64,000 bases of DNA from contig NMRA01000351.1 of the NCBI GenBank assembly GCA_002633005.1, positions 359,258 through 423,257 on the forward strand, in the 5' to 3' direction. The number at the start of each line of letters is the position of its first letter. The stretch's first letter is position 1. The notes beneath the pieces are model-generated. The model was not told the DNA's origin, ran no database searches, and saw only the letters and a program-made list of their open reading frames with translations. Position numbers and translations under genes: made by a program. Below are positions 47,677 to 62,000 of this stretch, piece after piece. The DNA comes from Phoronis australis (Eukaryota; Animalia; Phoronida).

Positions 47677-47914
47677 GGGCACGTTCCAACAAAACTGACT
47701 TAGCTAAGACAAATCTTAAGTTTTAGTTAATTTTAAAATAAAAGTTAAATTTGTCTCAAAACCAATTCAAGAAAGAGATCCTAAGTACCACTTAAGAGTG
47801 TGACATAAGTTTTGTCTTAATTTTGATTAACTTACCGACTGCTGAAGTTCCAAAGTTTGGAATTTAAAACAAATATTAAAATTAAGTCGAAAATGAACTT
47901 CTTGGAACAGGCCC
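47677..47914. mobile_element. PIF/Harbinger-like MITE nested in the 2.17-kb element
   Basis: gggcacgttccaac ... cttggaacaggccc; 3-bp TSD CTG. Confidence 0.7.
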
Positions 47915-48129
47915 CTGGTGGGCTTACTCTGCATCCACAGCTGTCAAGACATTCCTCACAATATCGTTAAAGCTGAACTTAGGAGCCCCTTTAAAATAAT
48001 ATTGGGAGAGCACTCGCTGTCCACTATGGATAGCCCGATGACAACATTAACAATAAATGAGATGATTTTAAAATCTTTTATTTCCATGATGTATTAGCAC
48101 TTTGCTAAACATGTATTGTGTCCTCGTCA

Positions 48130-48345
48130 AATAAATTTAATAATAATAATGATAATGTTAATGATAATGATAATGATAATAAGGATAATATTAATAATAA
48201 TAATAAAAATAATAATAAAAATAAAAATAATAATAATAATAATAACGAAAACGATAACGAGTAATTGTAGTGGCAGTGGTAATAGTATTAATAGTTGTAA
48301 CAGTAGTGATAGTAATGTAATACTAATAAAAATGATAATAATTAA
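48130..48345. repeat. (ATA/AGT)n low-complexity microsatellite
   Basis: aataataatgataat... tract; explains the poly-Ile pseudo-ORFs. Confidence 0.95.
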
Positions 48346-49507
48346 GTAGTCAAATTCATGTCGTGTCAGCCCGGAAAGCATTCCTATAGAAGATGTATAC
48401 GAACAGTGCCGCCCAAATGGTGTTTTTTTCACAGAAAAAATACTCTGAAAAAGAGTGTCATTTTCGACATAACTAAAAAGTACCTTTCCTGAATTTCTGG
48501 AACAGAAGTGTGCGAAAATGAGAGGTTTTACTCAAATTAGTCTCTAAATGGGTCACTTTTTTGTACGAGTCCACTCTCTAAATGGGTAGGTATTCAAAAT
48601 TTTCGGGCTCCACTCCTCCTCTAAAATACTCCAGTAACCCCGGCCGTGTCAAATACCACTTGTTGGTGATTTTGGTCATTTTCTTTGCAATATGACCTGG
48701 GTTTCGTAAAATGTAACAATGGTACATTTCTCGCTTGTGCGTCCGACGAGAAATGTAACAACTACATAAAATGTAACAACTTGTTACATTTTAGGAGAGG
48801 TTTAGCAACGTAAAGTAACATTTGTTACATTTTACGGCGTATCAATGCACTCCGTTGCACACAGTCATCAAACAATCGTATCCCTGACATTCTGACCCAT
48901 GTGGAGAACAAACAACTCCTTGTAACGATTTTCAAAAGAAATACTAATGATAGTATGGGGAAAATCGACATATCGTTATGACCCATCGTAAATATGCAAT
49001 TTGTATAACTGGCGATTAGCTGTCTTCAAATTCTTTAGTGATCTCCAAATTCTTTAAAAATGCCTCCGCTCTGGCCCCGCCCCCCGCTTCCTAAAGCTAT
49101 GCCCCCAGTGTGCGTTATTTGCTTCAGTGTCAAGCGAGTGGAACTCGTGCTTCAGTAGTGAAAAGAAATGCTGACGCGGTTAATGAGAGAACAGAATTTG
49201 AACAAGCAGAATGGTAGTTTGTAAAAAACAAAAGCCTTAAATAGTATACAATATCTGTTGAAATACAAAACAGTCATCGTTTGACTTTGACCGAGTGCAA
49301 CTTCAACACGGTTCAACTTGCAATTTATTTCCAATGAAAACCGCATGAGATTATCGACTTCGACGTTGTACACTATACATGTATGGTGTAAATAGCTGGA
49401 TTACAGTTAAAATCACTGTGAGCTCAGATATTTATTTAGTGCATCTGAGCTGTGAGTAAACAGATTGTCATTTCGTTAAATACTTGTACGTGCATGGTTG
49501 ATCAAGA

Positions 49508-49660
49508 TGACCTATTCGGCATTCATCGGCATTAGTCAATGGAATTGCTCCCCGTAGGATGAATACTAGGTCAGAGCTACACCTCCTGGCACAGCTCATT
49601 GGTCAGTACAGACACATGCCAGGTCACACGTCAGCCAAGGTCAAGCAATTTTTATAAGAA
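49508..49660 (+). promoter_or_regulatory. putative promoter: clustered AGGTCA nuclear-receptor half sites and TATA-like box
   Basis: TGACCT 49508, AGGTCA 49568, 49621, 49638; TATAAGAA 49653, ~230 nt upstream of ATG 49884. Confidence 0.4.
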
Positions 49661-49883
49661 CGCCGATCGCTTTAGATGAATACTTAGAACAACAACGCTA
49701 GAACCCCGCAAGAAGGTTACTCATATTTGAAAGCACGTGAGCGGGCGAAATTTATTTTAATTTTTCATTATTCATTGTGGGATCACAACTGTGGTGTGGA
49801 AGCTTGCAAAGAGAAACACGGGCGACTCTTCTCTCAAAATCATAAAGGAATATAATATTTGCATCGCATGAGATCATAATCCA

Positions 49884-50098
49884 ATGGGAGCAGCGGCGAG
49901 CGCTATCGTTGGTGTTGTCGTCCTGGTTGCAGCAATCATTTCGGTGGCGGTAGTTAGTTATGTCACGCATTCAGGGGGCGCTGCGTCCCCTCAAAGGACG
50001 TGCCTACAGCTATCATGTCCATCACCGACAGACACAGTGGCGGAACGACTTCAAACTGTAGCAACCGTTTCTTGGCCCGAACCATCTTGCAAGTGCTG
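49884..50098 (+). CDS. SVEP1-like exon 1 (hydrophobic anchor + HYR first half)
   Basis: MGAAASAIVGVVVLVAAIISVAVVSYV...LSCPSPTDTVAERLQTVATVSWPEPS; donor tg|gtagga phase 2. Confidence 0.7.
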
Positions 50099-53000
50099 GT
50101 AGGATTGTTTGTAAAACCTTAGCAAAAGGCTGTATTTGTATACTTATCAGCTGTATGGTTTTATTGGATAAACTTTATTTTTGAAACTAGAAACGTTGCT
50201 GATGCGATAATGAAATGCCAGCTCTTAGTTCTTTTAGTAAGGAATGCATGGCAGTTACACACATTTATTCAATAGACAAGAGACTCAAGGTACATGACGT
50301 CCTCTTAGGTTCATCGCTATACCATATACATGTAAATCATGTTTTGAGCAACGACCTGGTTCTTCGATCAAACGTTGCTTCATTACCGGTTCAGACATAC
50401 CAGAAAAAAATTAAAAGCGCAACTGACGGAACGACAAAAACCCCACTTCCATTCGCGTCGTCATTTATCAGTCGTCAACGATGAGCCTCACTGCTGTCGC
50501 CTTACTTCAGATCACGTGGTAATGTGAAAGAAATATTGATAGGCTATGCAAATTATTGTGGAAGATGATCCATGGACGCACCTGTCCCCTTGCTTCCACG
50601 ATGCGTCTACTCGGATTTGTAGTATCGGCGGACTACGACTTACATGTATTATGAGATCCATATATGTACGTGTTGCCATTCACGCTTACATGTATGGTCG
50701 GTGCGAGTCCCACTGACAGAGAGGGACGACACTCAAAAAACAAGAAGTTGAAAGATCTCAGCTAGATATAGATGTATATAAAATTTTGAACACTGATTCG
50801 GGTCTTATTTGGAATTTTAGTTTCCCGCCGATAAATCTACGAGAATAAGCGGCAAGCAACGTTCGCGGCTGTTAAAATCGTTCCTAACACAAATTCGCGT
50901 TTACAACGCGCTCCCTGAGGAAATTCCGTGTTTGTATTGTGTGTTCAGTGAAACGCGCCAAAAACATGTATAGCGTCGGTCAAGAATGTTTACGAATTGT
51001 AGTATAATAGCCGTAGGTTAAAGGTCACCTTAAATACCGTGACTCACTTGTTTATCTTGACAAGAAAAAATTGGTCAATATTACCTAGGTGAACTTCATT
51101 CTTTTTAATACATTGTAAGGTCGCCAGTCCTCCCAAAAACAGCACACTCAGAGTAAATCATCCGCGGATACGACTACGTACACGACTGTTGCACATATTA
51201 AATGTATGACTAATCAGAGTGTGAAGTTTCCTACCCGATTTTTCAAGCTAAAGTATCGTAGTGCAAAAGTCAAAAATCGGGAGCGTTCATTGTTCTGCAT
51301 AAGAAATCACTTGTAACCACAAATTGCCCTGTTGTCGCAATTTTGGCAATCGCCCATTGTCGCCTTTTGATAACCAACAATGGGCCATCGTGTAAGCTCC
51401 GCCCACGGGTTGACCATATTTGTTTAGGCGGAAGTGAGCAGTTATTAGTTGAGAAAAATGTACAAAATAACGCTGTTCACAAGTAGGAAAGTCATATATC
51501 TCAAAGTGGAGCACACCATTGCTTGGTTATTCAATACATGCCCGGAGATCGCTTAATTGGGATCACGCGTTTTCCATGAAATTCGGTATCGGAAGGGACA
51601 AGACACGACTGAACAACTTCAAACGCGTTCCCTTGCTCGATTCGTGAATTCGCAGTAGTAGTGAGATTGTCGAGCCTATCTTTTCAAAACGCGTCGATCA
51701 ATTTCAATAAAATTGCCCAATTTCTAATCCAAAATAAATGAACATAATTTCCGTGCCAGGATTTTTCCAGTAAGTTTTGGACAACTTATATTATTTGATC
51801 TAAAGTGTATTATTGACAAGATCGCGCGTTTTGTCAAGCTTCAAAAACGCAAAACGTAAATATAAAACAAAAAACAAATGTTTTATCCGTATATTTAAAC
51901 ATTAATAACTTAAAACTATGCTGAAGAAAACCCTTGTCAAAATCCTCATTTTAGAGAAAGCATATAAGGTTATTATTGATTTTTTGTAGAATTTACAAAA
52001 TTCTTCCAAAAATCCGAAAGACTTAAAAAATTCTGCGTGTTTTCTCAAATTTAGATTCATATCTATGTTGCGGTACAGTTTTTGTTACCCAATTCTAAGG
52101 GTAACATACATAGAAAACCACACACCTTTAACACCCACCTTAACAACACCATGTAGTAACTGCTTGTTTTGGGTAATCAGTCACAGCACATGGAAAGTCA
52201 GGTATTACTGCTTTTGATGACATTGGAATCAGGGGATATATTATAACAAATAATCATATTGCTTGTGAGGCCGGTGGGGAGACTGGTGATCGAGTCGTGG
52301 TGGGTGGACACGGCGCCCAGGCTTTTCTTTCGCACGCAATTCATGATTAGGTAAGATCGTCATAACCCTTATTACATGTACATGTATTTCACCCTGGCTC
52401 CTGAATTNAAAAAGGTCCCCAAGTTGCCACTCGTTTCATATCCCCCTGAAAAATGTCACGGCGTATTTGCGCAAATATTCTCTTGGGCCTGATGCACACC
52501 AAATACGTCGTGCAGAACATTGATCTTGAGGAAAATCGGGTTCGGGGGATTCCGGCGAACAGAGGGGACATATCGGTGAAGAATGGAGCGGAGCATCGCC
52601 TGTGAGACGACCTCCTTTTCATTTAATACTAGCACTGCATTTAATTTTAGTTTTATACATAAACTACATTTTTGTTCTCTTTCTAGAAGTGATAGTAGGG
52701 TTCTTCGACAAACACAACGGATATGTAGTTCAGTAAGTTGCGCTGAGAATGAGGAGGTCTCAATGAGATCCTTCCCAAGTTCATAATCATCTGCATTGAG
52801 GTATATGTTGTGACAAATGTTACATCGATGAGAAATGGTTTAGATGATAAATCATTGATTTTGGCAGTTCAGGCAGGTGCGTCTGTGGCAATTTTAATGC
52901 AGTAATTTGTCATTTAATGCTTGAGAAAGCAATAATTTATAGCTGCCGACTCATAAACGGGAAATTCGTTGCTTTTGAAACCATGAAAAATCCTGACGCT

Positions 53001-56000
53001 GTGCTCTGCACCTGTTTTTAGCTGTTTTGTTTGAGAATATGTGTAGTGAACATAAAGATTACTGTGCCCTCTGACGTTAACAGTGGGTTGAATCCATGAT
53101 GAGCACACCAATTCACTGCTGTTTCGAACAACGTGTTCAACCAGTAAACGTGTGTCGACTGAATTTGAAAATTTTCTTTAGGCTTGTGTCATCTACTTCC
53201 AAGTCAATTACTGAACAATCCCCTTGCATACTAAACCAAATACTTCGTTAATTTGTCACAGATTTAGACATCACAGAGTCAACGACTACTGGCATAGCGA
53301 TCAATATGAAACTACAAGAGTGTCTTAAAATAGATCAGTAAACGAGACCCACGGGCCACATATTGACTACAGCCAACAACCATCGCACACAATGGTATAA
53401 ACAACACACATAAAAACCGGTTGATGCCTTCAGACTGCAGGAATCGGAGCGAGCGATACACACTATATAAGCCTACATGCGTGTAATTGCTAAAATATGC
53501 TTTTAAGCTTTTAAAACAGCTCTAGGGTTTCAGTTAATCTCATCAATGTGTAAGTAAAAAAATGAATAAAGTGTTCCTACTTCCCTTGTGACGTTACATA
53601 AAGAGCAGATTACTTTTTGCCGTAGAATGCATTAACTGGGAGCGGCAAGTAGGGCCACGACACTCGCCTTCTCTCACAATGTACAGAAATTCAAAAATCT
53701 ATATTGGACTATTGATATCAACCAGTAGTGAGTCTATATTGGCACATTTCGGTCGATCATTTCTCCAGCCATCGTCAGGTGTCGCAACGCTCTTAGAAGA
53801 ACGAAACGAACTAAGAATTTTTCTAGTGTGGTCATTAGCGAGCACATGCACCAAATAAATCTCAACATTGATTATCATGTATTGATGTGCAATGCACCAC
53901 ATACATCATGTGCTTGTTCTTCTAAGTACGCTTTAACGATATGCAGAGGGTCGGAGAATGACTGGCCGAAACGTCATGGTAATTTAAATAGGCTACAGGT
54001 TGTTGTATATACATGTAGATCAAAAGATGTCAGCACCTCTAAACTGAAATCGTTCCTCTTTTACTTTCTGTCCCACGACTTTCTAACAACTTATTTCAGG
54101 TAAAAGACTCTAAGTTGTTCAGGCAATTGAACTATACGTCTTCGTGAAAGAGAGCGAATATTCATTTTTTACTAGATACAGTGTACATGTAGCTACACAT
54201 ACATGTACATGTATTTTTCAATAACACATACATGTAGCGGTATAAGACCTTTGTTTCTTGCCCACCGAATCCATGAGAACTTTGTAAAAAAAAATTGCTT
54301 CAAGGCATTACGACCAGTATGAAAATCGACTTTATAAAGGGACATCATCTGAGAGGAAAGCAATTTTCTGAGATCAGCCTCAGTCTAACATCGAACCAGC
54401 AACTCGTTTGGTCGTAGTCTGACGCTCTGCTGGCGGAGTTCAACCCTACATGCTCTATTAATGCTTGAGTATTCAAGATATTGGTAAAGTCACTGGCCTT
54501 GATTTCGGCGAATGTCCGACAGTCTAAGGCTGGAATTTGTGATTTGTAAAAAAGTCATAATTAACGGATATTTTGTTGAATAGGTTTGGTTGAACCAAAT
54601 AATTCCTAGAAGAGTACCACCCCCAACAACAACTCCCAAAATGACCGTCAAACCCATAATGTCCCTCAAAACGCTGCTATTTGTTCACATAAAAATTGTA
54701 CTGTTCTCAAAGGAAACATTTCTCGGATAACTCTGAACACATTACATGTATATTAAAATGAAAATCATTTTCTTGATATACAGCGAATGTAAAACGAACA
54801 CTTTCTCCCATATTTCATATTTGGCCTAAATTGCACTCATAATTTAGTTTACTTACTCATAAAAATATTCAATATCTCGAACCTTTCCATGCCATAACAA
54901 AAATGGATCCCAACACAAATCACATTATGCAAAGCGGTTCCAAGAAAAAAGACATTGTTCAAAGAACAGTTCTTCATTAGTCCGCTTCTGAACGGTTATT
55001 AGCAGGTGAGCAGATGGTATATCAAAGATGGCTGCCGAAATCAACTGCTGCTTGTACAGAACATGTTCTGCGGCAAAGGAAAACCTTATTCTACAGTTCG
55101 AACGCGGAAGCCAACCCTCTGAACACTAAACGGCAGTTTTGAAGTAGACGACGGCCGCTTTGGGAACGCTGAGTTCAGCCTTCCAACGAAAACGACTTCG
55201 ATCATTGAATTGTTGTGATCTCCACTGTTTTCACATGGAAAGGAGAACACAATAATTTTTAAGCTCCGGCCCCCGGCCCCTCCATTTTCCCGTTTGTCTC
55301 CAGCCCCACGGTAGGCTACAGGTACTTCAGTGACTTCGTCAGTGGTTAGAACATTACAGCATACATTGTATGTGCGTTCAGAGGCCTCAATCATTATTCT
55401 AAACTTGAGTCATTCAGCTGACTGCCAATTTCAGTGTTTGAAAAATTGACCGTCGTCGGGAGAATATGTTTTCCTCGTTCGGAATGTGTGCCAGTGCCTG
55501 GTTGCATGAAACAGTTTCAAATAGGGACTTTTTGCATATTTGTGTCTTTATGGACTCACAGATGCAATATTTTTCTATCATTTCATCTTTAGTATGAGCT
55601 CCTCTTTGTTTAATGACTTTTTCTAATAATATAAATGAAAACTGAACCCAGAGTTCATTGAAAATAAAGAGGGACTTAGCCCTTAAATTGGGGGTGTTGC
55701 ATGAAAAGATCCCTAATTATTTTCGATTATAATGACAATTTAACGTAGTGTTCGCTTTCGATTTGTATCAAAGTCAAAAGATAACTTAATAATTAAACTA
55801 AAACAAAACAAGAAAGGGCAATCCATGTTTCCACAAGTCCAAAAATAGGCATTAGATTTAGGGAACTTAGTTGAGTATTTCATGCCACTGGCCACAGGAG
55901 TTTTAACTATCGTAATTCCTATACGTCTGAGCGCATAATTAATGTAGATCGAATGCTTGTGCGCACAGTAAATGCTGTTATATATGTACATGTATGAGCA

Positions 56001-59000
56001 TCAACAATACACGATTTCTAGAAGAACAGATAATCTGGCAACTTTTTCTTCCACACAGTAAAAGAAAAGAGAATCGCGTTTACAACTCAGCCCGAGACGT
56101 GAAAAAAGGTCAACGAGTTGAACCGGGGTCGTACCAAGGTCACTACTGGGCTGCTGACGACTGTGGACACGAAGCAAAATGCCATTTTCCTGTGACAGTA
56201 ACAGGTGACTACTTTATTGTAAGAATATTCAGAAGTGTTTAATAACTAATGGGCTAAATGACACCTTACTTTAAATAAAACACCAGGGAAGCTATTTTTA
56301 AATGAAAGGTTAGGACACTTCGTTTAAGATTTAAAAATTATTAAACGAAATTCCGCCTCCTTAAGTTTTCAAACCATCAGTATACCATTACTCAAAATTT
56401 GACAAAATGTATTTTAAAAATGCGGATTGCTGCGATACTCAAATTACTCGAATATGTCCATTTTACAGACATTTTTGTGATCCAATTGCTTTTTATTTTC
56501 AAAATGGTTTTGCTGAGTTGTTGGTCTAGCGTTAGCCGATGTTTCTGAGTATTACTCATTATTCTCTTGGTGGGATGATATTGGACAGATGTGCAAGTTA
56601 AACTGTGATGTGATGACTTACAACAAGTAGTCGCACCGAGTCGGACCGTGTCTTGTGGCCCAAAATTAAAAAGAAGTAATTTGAGCACTCTTATGATGTT
56701 GTCATTCCAACACTATTCCTCACAATTGTTCCTCCCAGTCCGGCCCGGCATACAAAACTTTGAATCTATCCCCCGGTCAATTGATTTTTATGATCTTTGC
56801 CCAAGTTTTACAAACGGGCCGCAATGGCTACAAGGAAGTCCACTCATTTGTGGGGGTCTTAAATTGTAACATACATGTAGTTAGCACAACGGATAATCCG
56901 ACTACATTGAGGGTGTGGCAAATCTTTCAGTAATTCGATGTGAGCAACTTCCGGTACCTCCAACTGGAAATCTAACGTGTACCCATGGCAACCTTTACGG
57001 ATCCAACTGTACATATTCTTGTAACGAGGGATATCGTGTGCACGGGCCGACTTCTGTGACATGTGAAAGGAACGGAAAGCAAGGACACTGGAGTGCCATA
57101 TCGACTTGTACAAGTAAGTCAGTGAGGATTATTGCCTTTTTACCCACATCGAAGGAGAAATATTATTTTATTTTAACCATGTTCAATGAAAAACGGTTTC
57201 GACTTATTCTATAGGCCGATGTGATGAGATGTGTGCGTTTGGCAATAGAACTCGGTACTGCTTGACTTCAGGCCCATTTCACCTGTTATTAAAGACATAA
57301 CTGTCTGGAAACGATAGCCGAGCGGCTCACTCTTAAAATCGATGAAGTCATTCAGTATTTATTTGAGAGAACGCTTAAATAGGCCTACCCAATGCTAAAC
57401 CTAAAGTATGTCTTGATGTTACGACCTGCCAAGGTTCCACGCAATATTTTTACATGCCCACCGTATCAGTGGTCGCATAATAAAGGATATATACTGAGAC
57501 CGATCCTTTGAGCACGCCAGGTCGTTGTATGGAGAGCAATTTTGCCGTCGGCGTAGGGTCTCGAATAACATTGTTCTCCCTGCCTTGATCCTTGACCTGA
57601 CATCATCATTTGGGTCGGTTCATACAGTTACTTTATGACTTTAAGAGTTTTAAAAATCAAGCATTTCTTGCAGTTGTGACGTGTCCAAAAGGTCAAGTTT
57701 CCTTACCGAAAACAGCCCACTCAAATCTGACCTGCGACGGCAATATGTACGGGCATAGCTGCGACTACGGCTGTCTGAAGAACTACATAATCCCGAGAAG
57801 TCATCGCACAGTGGAATATATCACACGCACGTGCACTGCTAGCGGAAACTGGACGGAGGGTCCTACTCCTACATGCAGAAGTAATACAATACGGACAGAA
57901 CTATCAGTTTCTAATCCTCTTCTTGTAACTTTAATTGTGTTGTTGGCACTTCTGAACTTTAGGAATATGCAAAAACTTAAAATCCAACGAACTTCTAATT
58001 CTCTAAGTGTTTTACATTAGGTCCCCTGTCTCAGATCCGGATTACCCTCGATCTCCTTCAGAGTTCAACAGTTCTCTTGATATCTCACAAAATGAGAAGC
58101 TGTGAATCCTTCTAGAACCAAGACAGTATTAACGAACAGCCGGTCTGATGAGCCCCTGCATGAACGGTTGATTCGTTTTTATTTGATTTGTTTTCTTCCA
58201 TTACTGTCGCTACGTTATAATGAGCTAGTAAGTTCAAATCTCCAAAACCATCGAACTTTTACATGTATTCCACTGTTTATGTCTGTACAGGAAAAATTCC
58301 GCCAACTGTAAAGGGCTGCGTCAAGACTCTTAACGTTACAACGAAATCCCTAAGCGGGACAACCGTGAAGATACCAAAGCCATACTTCATTGACAGTCTT
58401 GGCCAGAACCTCACAGCAGACTGCGGCAAATACATCAGCGACGAGTATACGTTTCCTATTGGACCTCACGTGTTGAAATGTCAAGCCACAGACACAGAGC
58501 TTGATACGTCCGCACACTGTATATTCACAATAACAGTTGTCCGTAAGTACATGCACCACTCGTTGTTGCAGGCGTCAGGGTTAAACCATGGCAACCGACA
58601 TAGGCTTGGAGCCGGGGACAGTCGAGAAAAGAGAGACTACGAATACGAATTAGAGAGAAAATTCAAGAGAACATTTGACAATTCAGTATCAATGCATGGT
58701 TTACCCTTGCGAGGGCCCTGGCCAGGACAATGTTGTTAGGTACTCCGTTTTTGTTGCATACATGTAGGTCGTCTAAACGCACTTGAAAACATGTATCGAG
58801 AAAATTCTTTACGGAGCATATTAATTCATTGGAGTTTTAAATTCAATAAGGCAGTTTTGCAAATGCAGAAATGCAAAATTATATTTTCCAGAGACCCTTC
58901 TCTAGCAAAGGATAACAAAGACAACTGTCGCTCTATTTTTCGTATTTTTCTTTCTCTAAATTGTATATCACTTGAGCAAATAGTTAGCTTGGCAAATAAC

Positions 59001-62000
59001 ATCAATTGCTGCGCATTTCCTGACTTTTGAAAATATAGATTTTTTCATATTTAAGGGCCTAACTCTTGAAGAGGGCCATTGATGACACCATTTTCGTGTT
59101 TTGATTGGCAAATTCTTAAGTGGCCGCTCACGAAGAGAGTGCCCAATGTTGGAATCGATTATCTCTATTTTCCTGTGAAATCGTACAACCGGCTTTCATG
59201 CTGAGGAAAGTCACTTCTTGCAAGTTCACCGGACTATGGAATGAAATGTCACTCTTTTTCAAGCTTAATGATTGTCCCATTTCAGACGGCACCCCCTCTC
59301 TGTGGCGCGGTTCGGGGGGTCCTCTATACATGCAAATCCTACACTGTCAAGTATTCACGAGGGGAAGTTGAGATTCTAAATTCATCAAAAACACAAAACA
59401 ACGGTGCACAGTACAGCAGTGTCAAAGTATGCGTCCCAAACAACCAAAAATATGAAAAATACAATAGAATTGACCACCATCAAATAGTTGGAATCTTAAA
59501 AAACGTGAAGATCACTGTTTGTGAATTACACGAAAAGGCTACTTCTGATGGTTAGTTTTAAATAATGTTATATTTTTCTAATAGTACCTTAAGAATAGTA
59601 TTTCTTTTGAAGGTCGTTTACAATGAATTCACAAATGTCGGAAAGCCTGTGAGCTACAATTTGTGATGACCGTGTACATGTTGAACGGGGCTACTCAAAA
59701 TACTCGCAATAATTAACAAATATTTCAGCGATTTTTTTGGAATTCAAGCTAAACTCGTGAACCGTTATAGGTAACTTGGAAATGAGCAAAAATACACCTT
59801 AATATGAATGCTTCATCTCCCATGTCCTCCACGTTACTCTTCAAAAATTTGCGATCATGTCTGCGGAAATTGCTTATAACATTACGTTTTGATAAAACAA
59901 ATTCGTTGGTTTCTGATTTACGAAAACCGACTGGTTAATAAATGATTTTTAGCAATTAGAAGCTAATATTTTAAGAAATGATGATGTTTCAGTGAATTTA
60001 ATTGAAGCCCAAATAGTAAAGTGCACTTGGACGCTTCATGCTTATCTAAAGTAACTCTCAGACATTGATGAGGAATTAAGTCATTAAATCAAGGTAATGG
60101 CATGGATTCGATTGTNTGAATCCTTCTAGAACCAAGACAGTATTAACGAACAGCCGGTCTGATGAGCCCCTGCATGAACGGTTGATTCGTTTTTATTTGA
60201 TTTGTTTTCTTCCATTACTGTCGCTACGTTATAATGAGCTAGTAAGTTCAAATCTCCAAAACCATCGAACTTTTACATGTATTCCACTGTTTATGTCTGT
60301 ACAGGAAAAATTCCGCCAACTGTAAAGGGCTGCGTCAAGACTCTTAACGTTACAACGAAATCCCTAAGCGGGACAACCGTGAAGATACCAAAGCCATACT
60401 TCATTGACAGTCTTGGCCAGAACCTCACAGCAGACTGCGGCAAATACATCAGCGACGAGTATACGTTTCCTATTGGACCTCACGTGTTGAAATGTCAAGC
60501 CACAGACACAGAGCTTGATACGTCCGCACACTGTATATTCACAATAACAGTTGTCCGTAAGTACATGCACCACTCGTTGTTGCAGGCGTCAGGGTTAAAC
60601 CATGGCAACCGACATAGGCTTGGGGCCGGGGACAGTCGAGAAAAGAGAGACTACGAATACGAATTAGAGAGAAAATTCAAGAGAACATTTGACAATTCAG
60701 TATCAATGCATGGTTTACCCTTGCGAGGGCCCTGGCCAGGACAATGTTGTTAGGTACTCCGTTTTTGTTGCATATGTACATGTAGGTCGTCTAAACGCAC
60801 TTGAAAACATGTATCGAGAAAATTCGTTACGGAGCATATTAATTCATTGGAGTTTTAAATTCAATAAGGCAGTTTTGCAAATGCAGAAATGCAAAATTAT
60901 ATTTTCCAGAGACCCTTCTCTAGCAAAGGATAACAAAGACAACTGTAACTCTATTTTTCGTATTTTTCTTTCTCTAAATTGTGTATCACTTGAGCAAATA
61001 GTTAGCTTGGCAAATAACATCAATTGCTGCGCATTTCCTGACTTTTGAAAATGTAGATCTTTTCATATTTAAGGGCCTAACTCTTGAAGAGGGCCATTGA
61101 TGACACCATTTTCGTGTTTTGATTGGCAAATTCTTAAGTGGCCGCTCACGAAGAGAGTGCCCAATGTTGGAATCGATTATATCTATTTTCCTGTGAAATC
61201 GTACAACCGGCTTTCATGCTGAGGAAAGTCACTTCTTGCAAGTTCACCGGACTATGGAATGAAATGTCACTCTTTTTCAAGCTTAATGATTGTCCCATTT
61301 CAGACGGCACCCCCTCTCTGTGAGGCGGTTCGGGGAGCCCTTTATACATGTAAATCCTACACTGTCAAGTATTCACGAGGGGAAGTTGAGATTCTAAATT
61401 CATCAAAAACACAAAACAACGGTGCACAGTACAGCGGTGTCAAAGTATTCGACCCAAACAACCAAAAATATGAAAAATACAATAGAATTGACCACCATCG
61501 AATAGTTGGAATCTTAAAAAAGGTGAAGATCACTGTTTGTGAATTACACGAAAAGGCTACTTCTGATGGTTAGTTTTAAATAATGTTATATTTTTCTAAT
61601 AGTACCATAAGAATAGTATTTCTTTTGAAGGTCGTTTACAATGAATTCACAAGTGTCGGAAAGCCTGTGAGCTACAATTTGTGATGACCGTGTACATGCT
61701 GAACGGGGCTACTCAAAATACTCGCAATAATTAACAAATATTTCAGCGATTTTTTTGGAATTCAAGCTAAACTCGTGAACCGTTGTAGGTAACTAGGAAA
61801 TGAGCAAAAATACACCTTAATATGAATGCTTCATCTCCCATGTCCTCCAGGTTACTCTTCAAAAATTTGTGATCATGTCTGCGGAAATTGCTTATAACAT
61901 TACGTTTTGATAAAACAAATTCGTTGGTTTCTGATTTACGAAAACCGACTAGTTAATAAATGATTTTTAGCAATTAGAAGCTAATATTTTAAGAAATGAT

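Larger units (their letters stand above)
46671..48844. mobile_element. 2.17-kb non-autonomous DNA transposon with TG..CA ends and 6-bp TSD
   Basis: perfect 23-bp TIR tgatacgccgtaaaatgtaacaa, ~130-bp imperfect subterminal inverted repeats rich in aaatgtaacaa, TSD ATGCAC (46665-46670, 48845-48850). Confidence 0.88.

Noticed and set aside
48116-48432. Ile-rich ORFs on both strands
   Set aside because: Translation of an (ATA)n microsatellite.
52600-53200. NADD peptide on the minus strand resembling the RT YADD motif
   Set aside because: Surrounding frames are interrupted and lack other RT motifs.
50088-53337. GC-AG donor (t|gcaagt at 50089) plus a possible extra exon near 53262-53337
   Set aside because: Direct GT splicing 50098 to 56059 is in phase and gives a normal-length HYR domain; the extra peptide has no domain similarity.
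58739-59588. Possible Kolobok-like MITE inside the duplicated unit
   Set aside because: Only a 6-bp terminal match (ggtact/agtacc) and an imperfect TTAA; insufficient.
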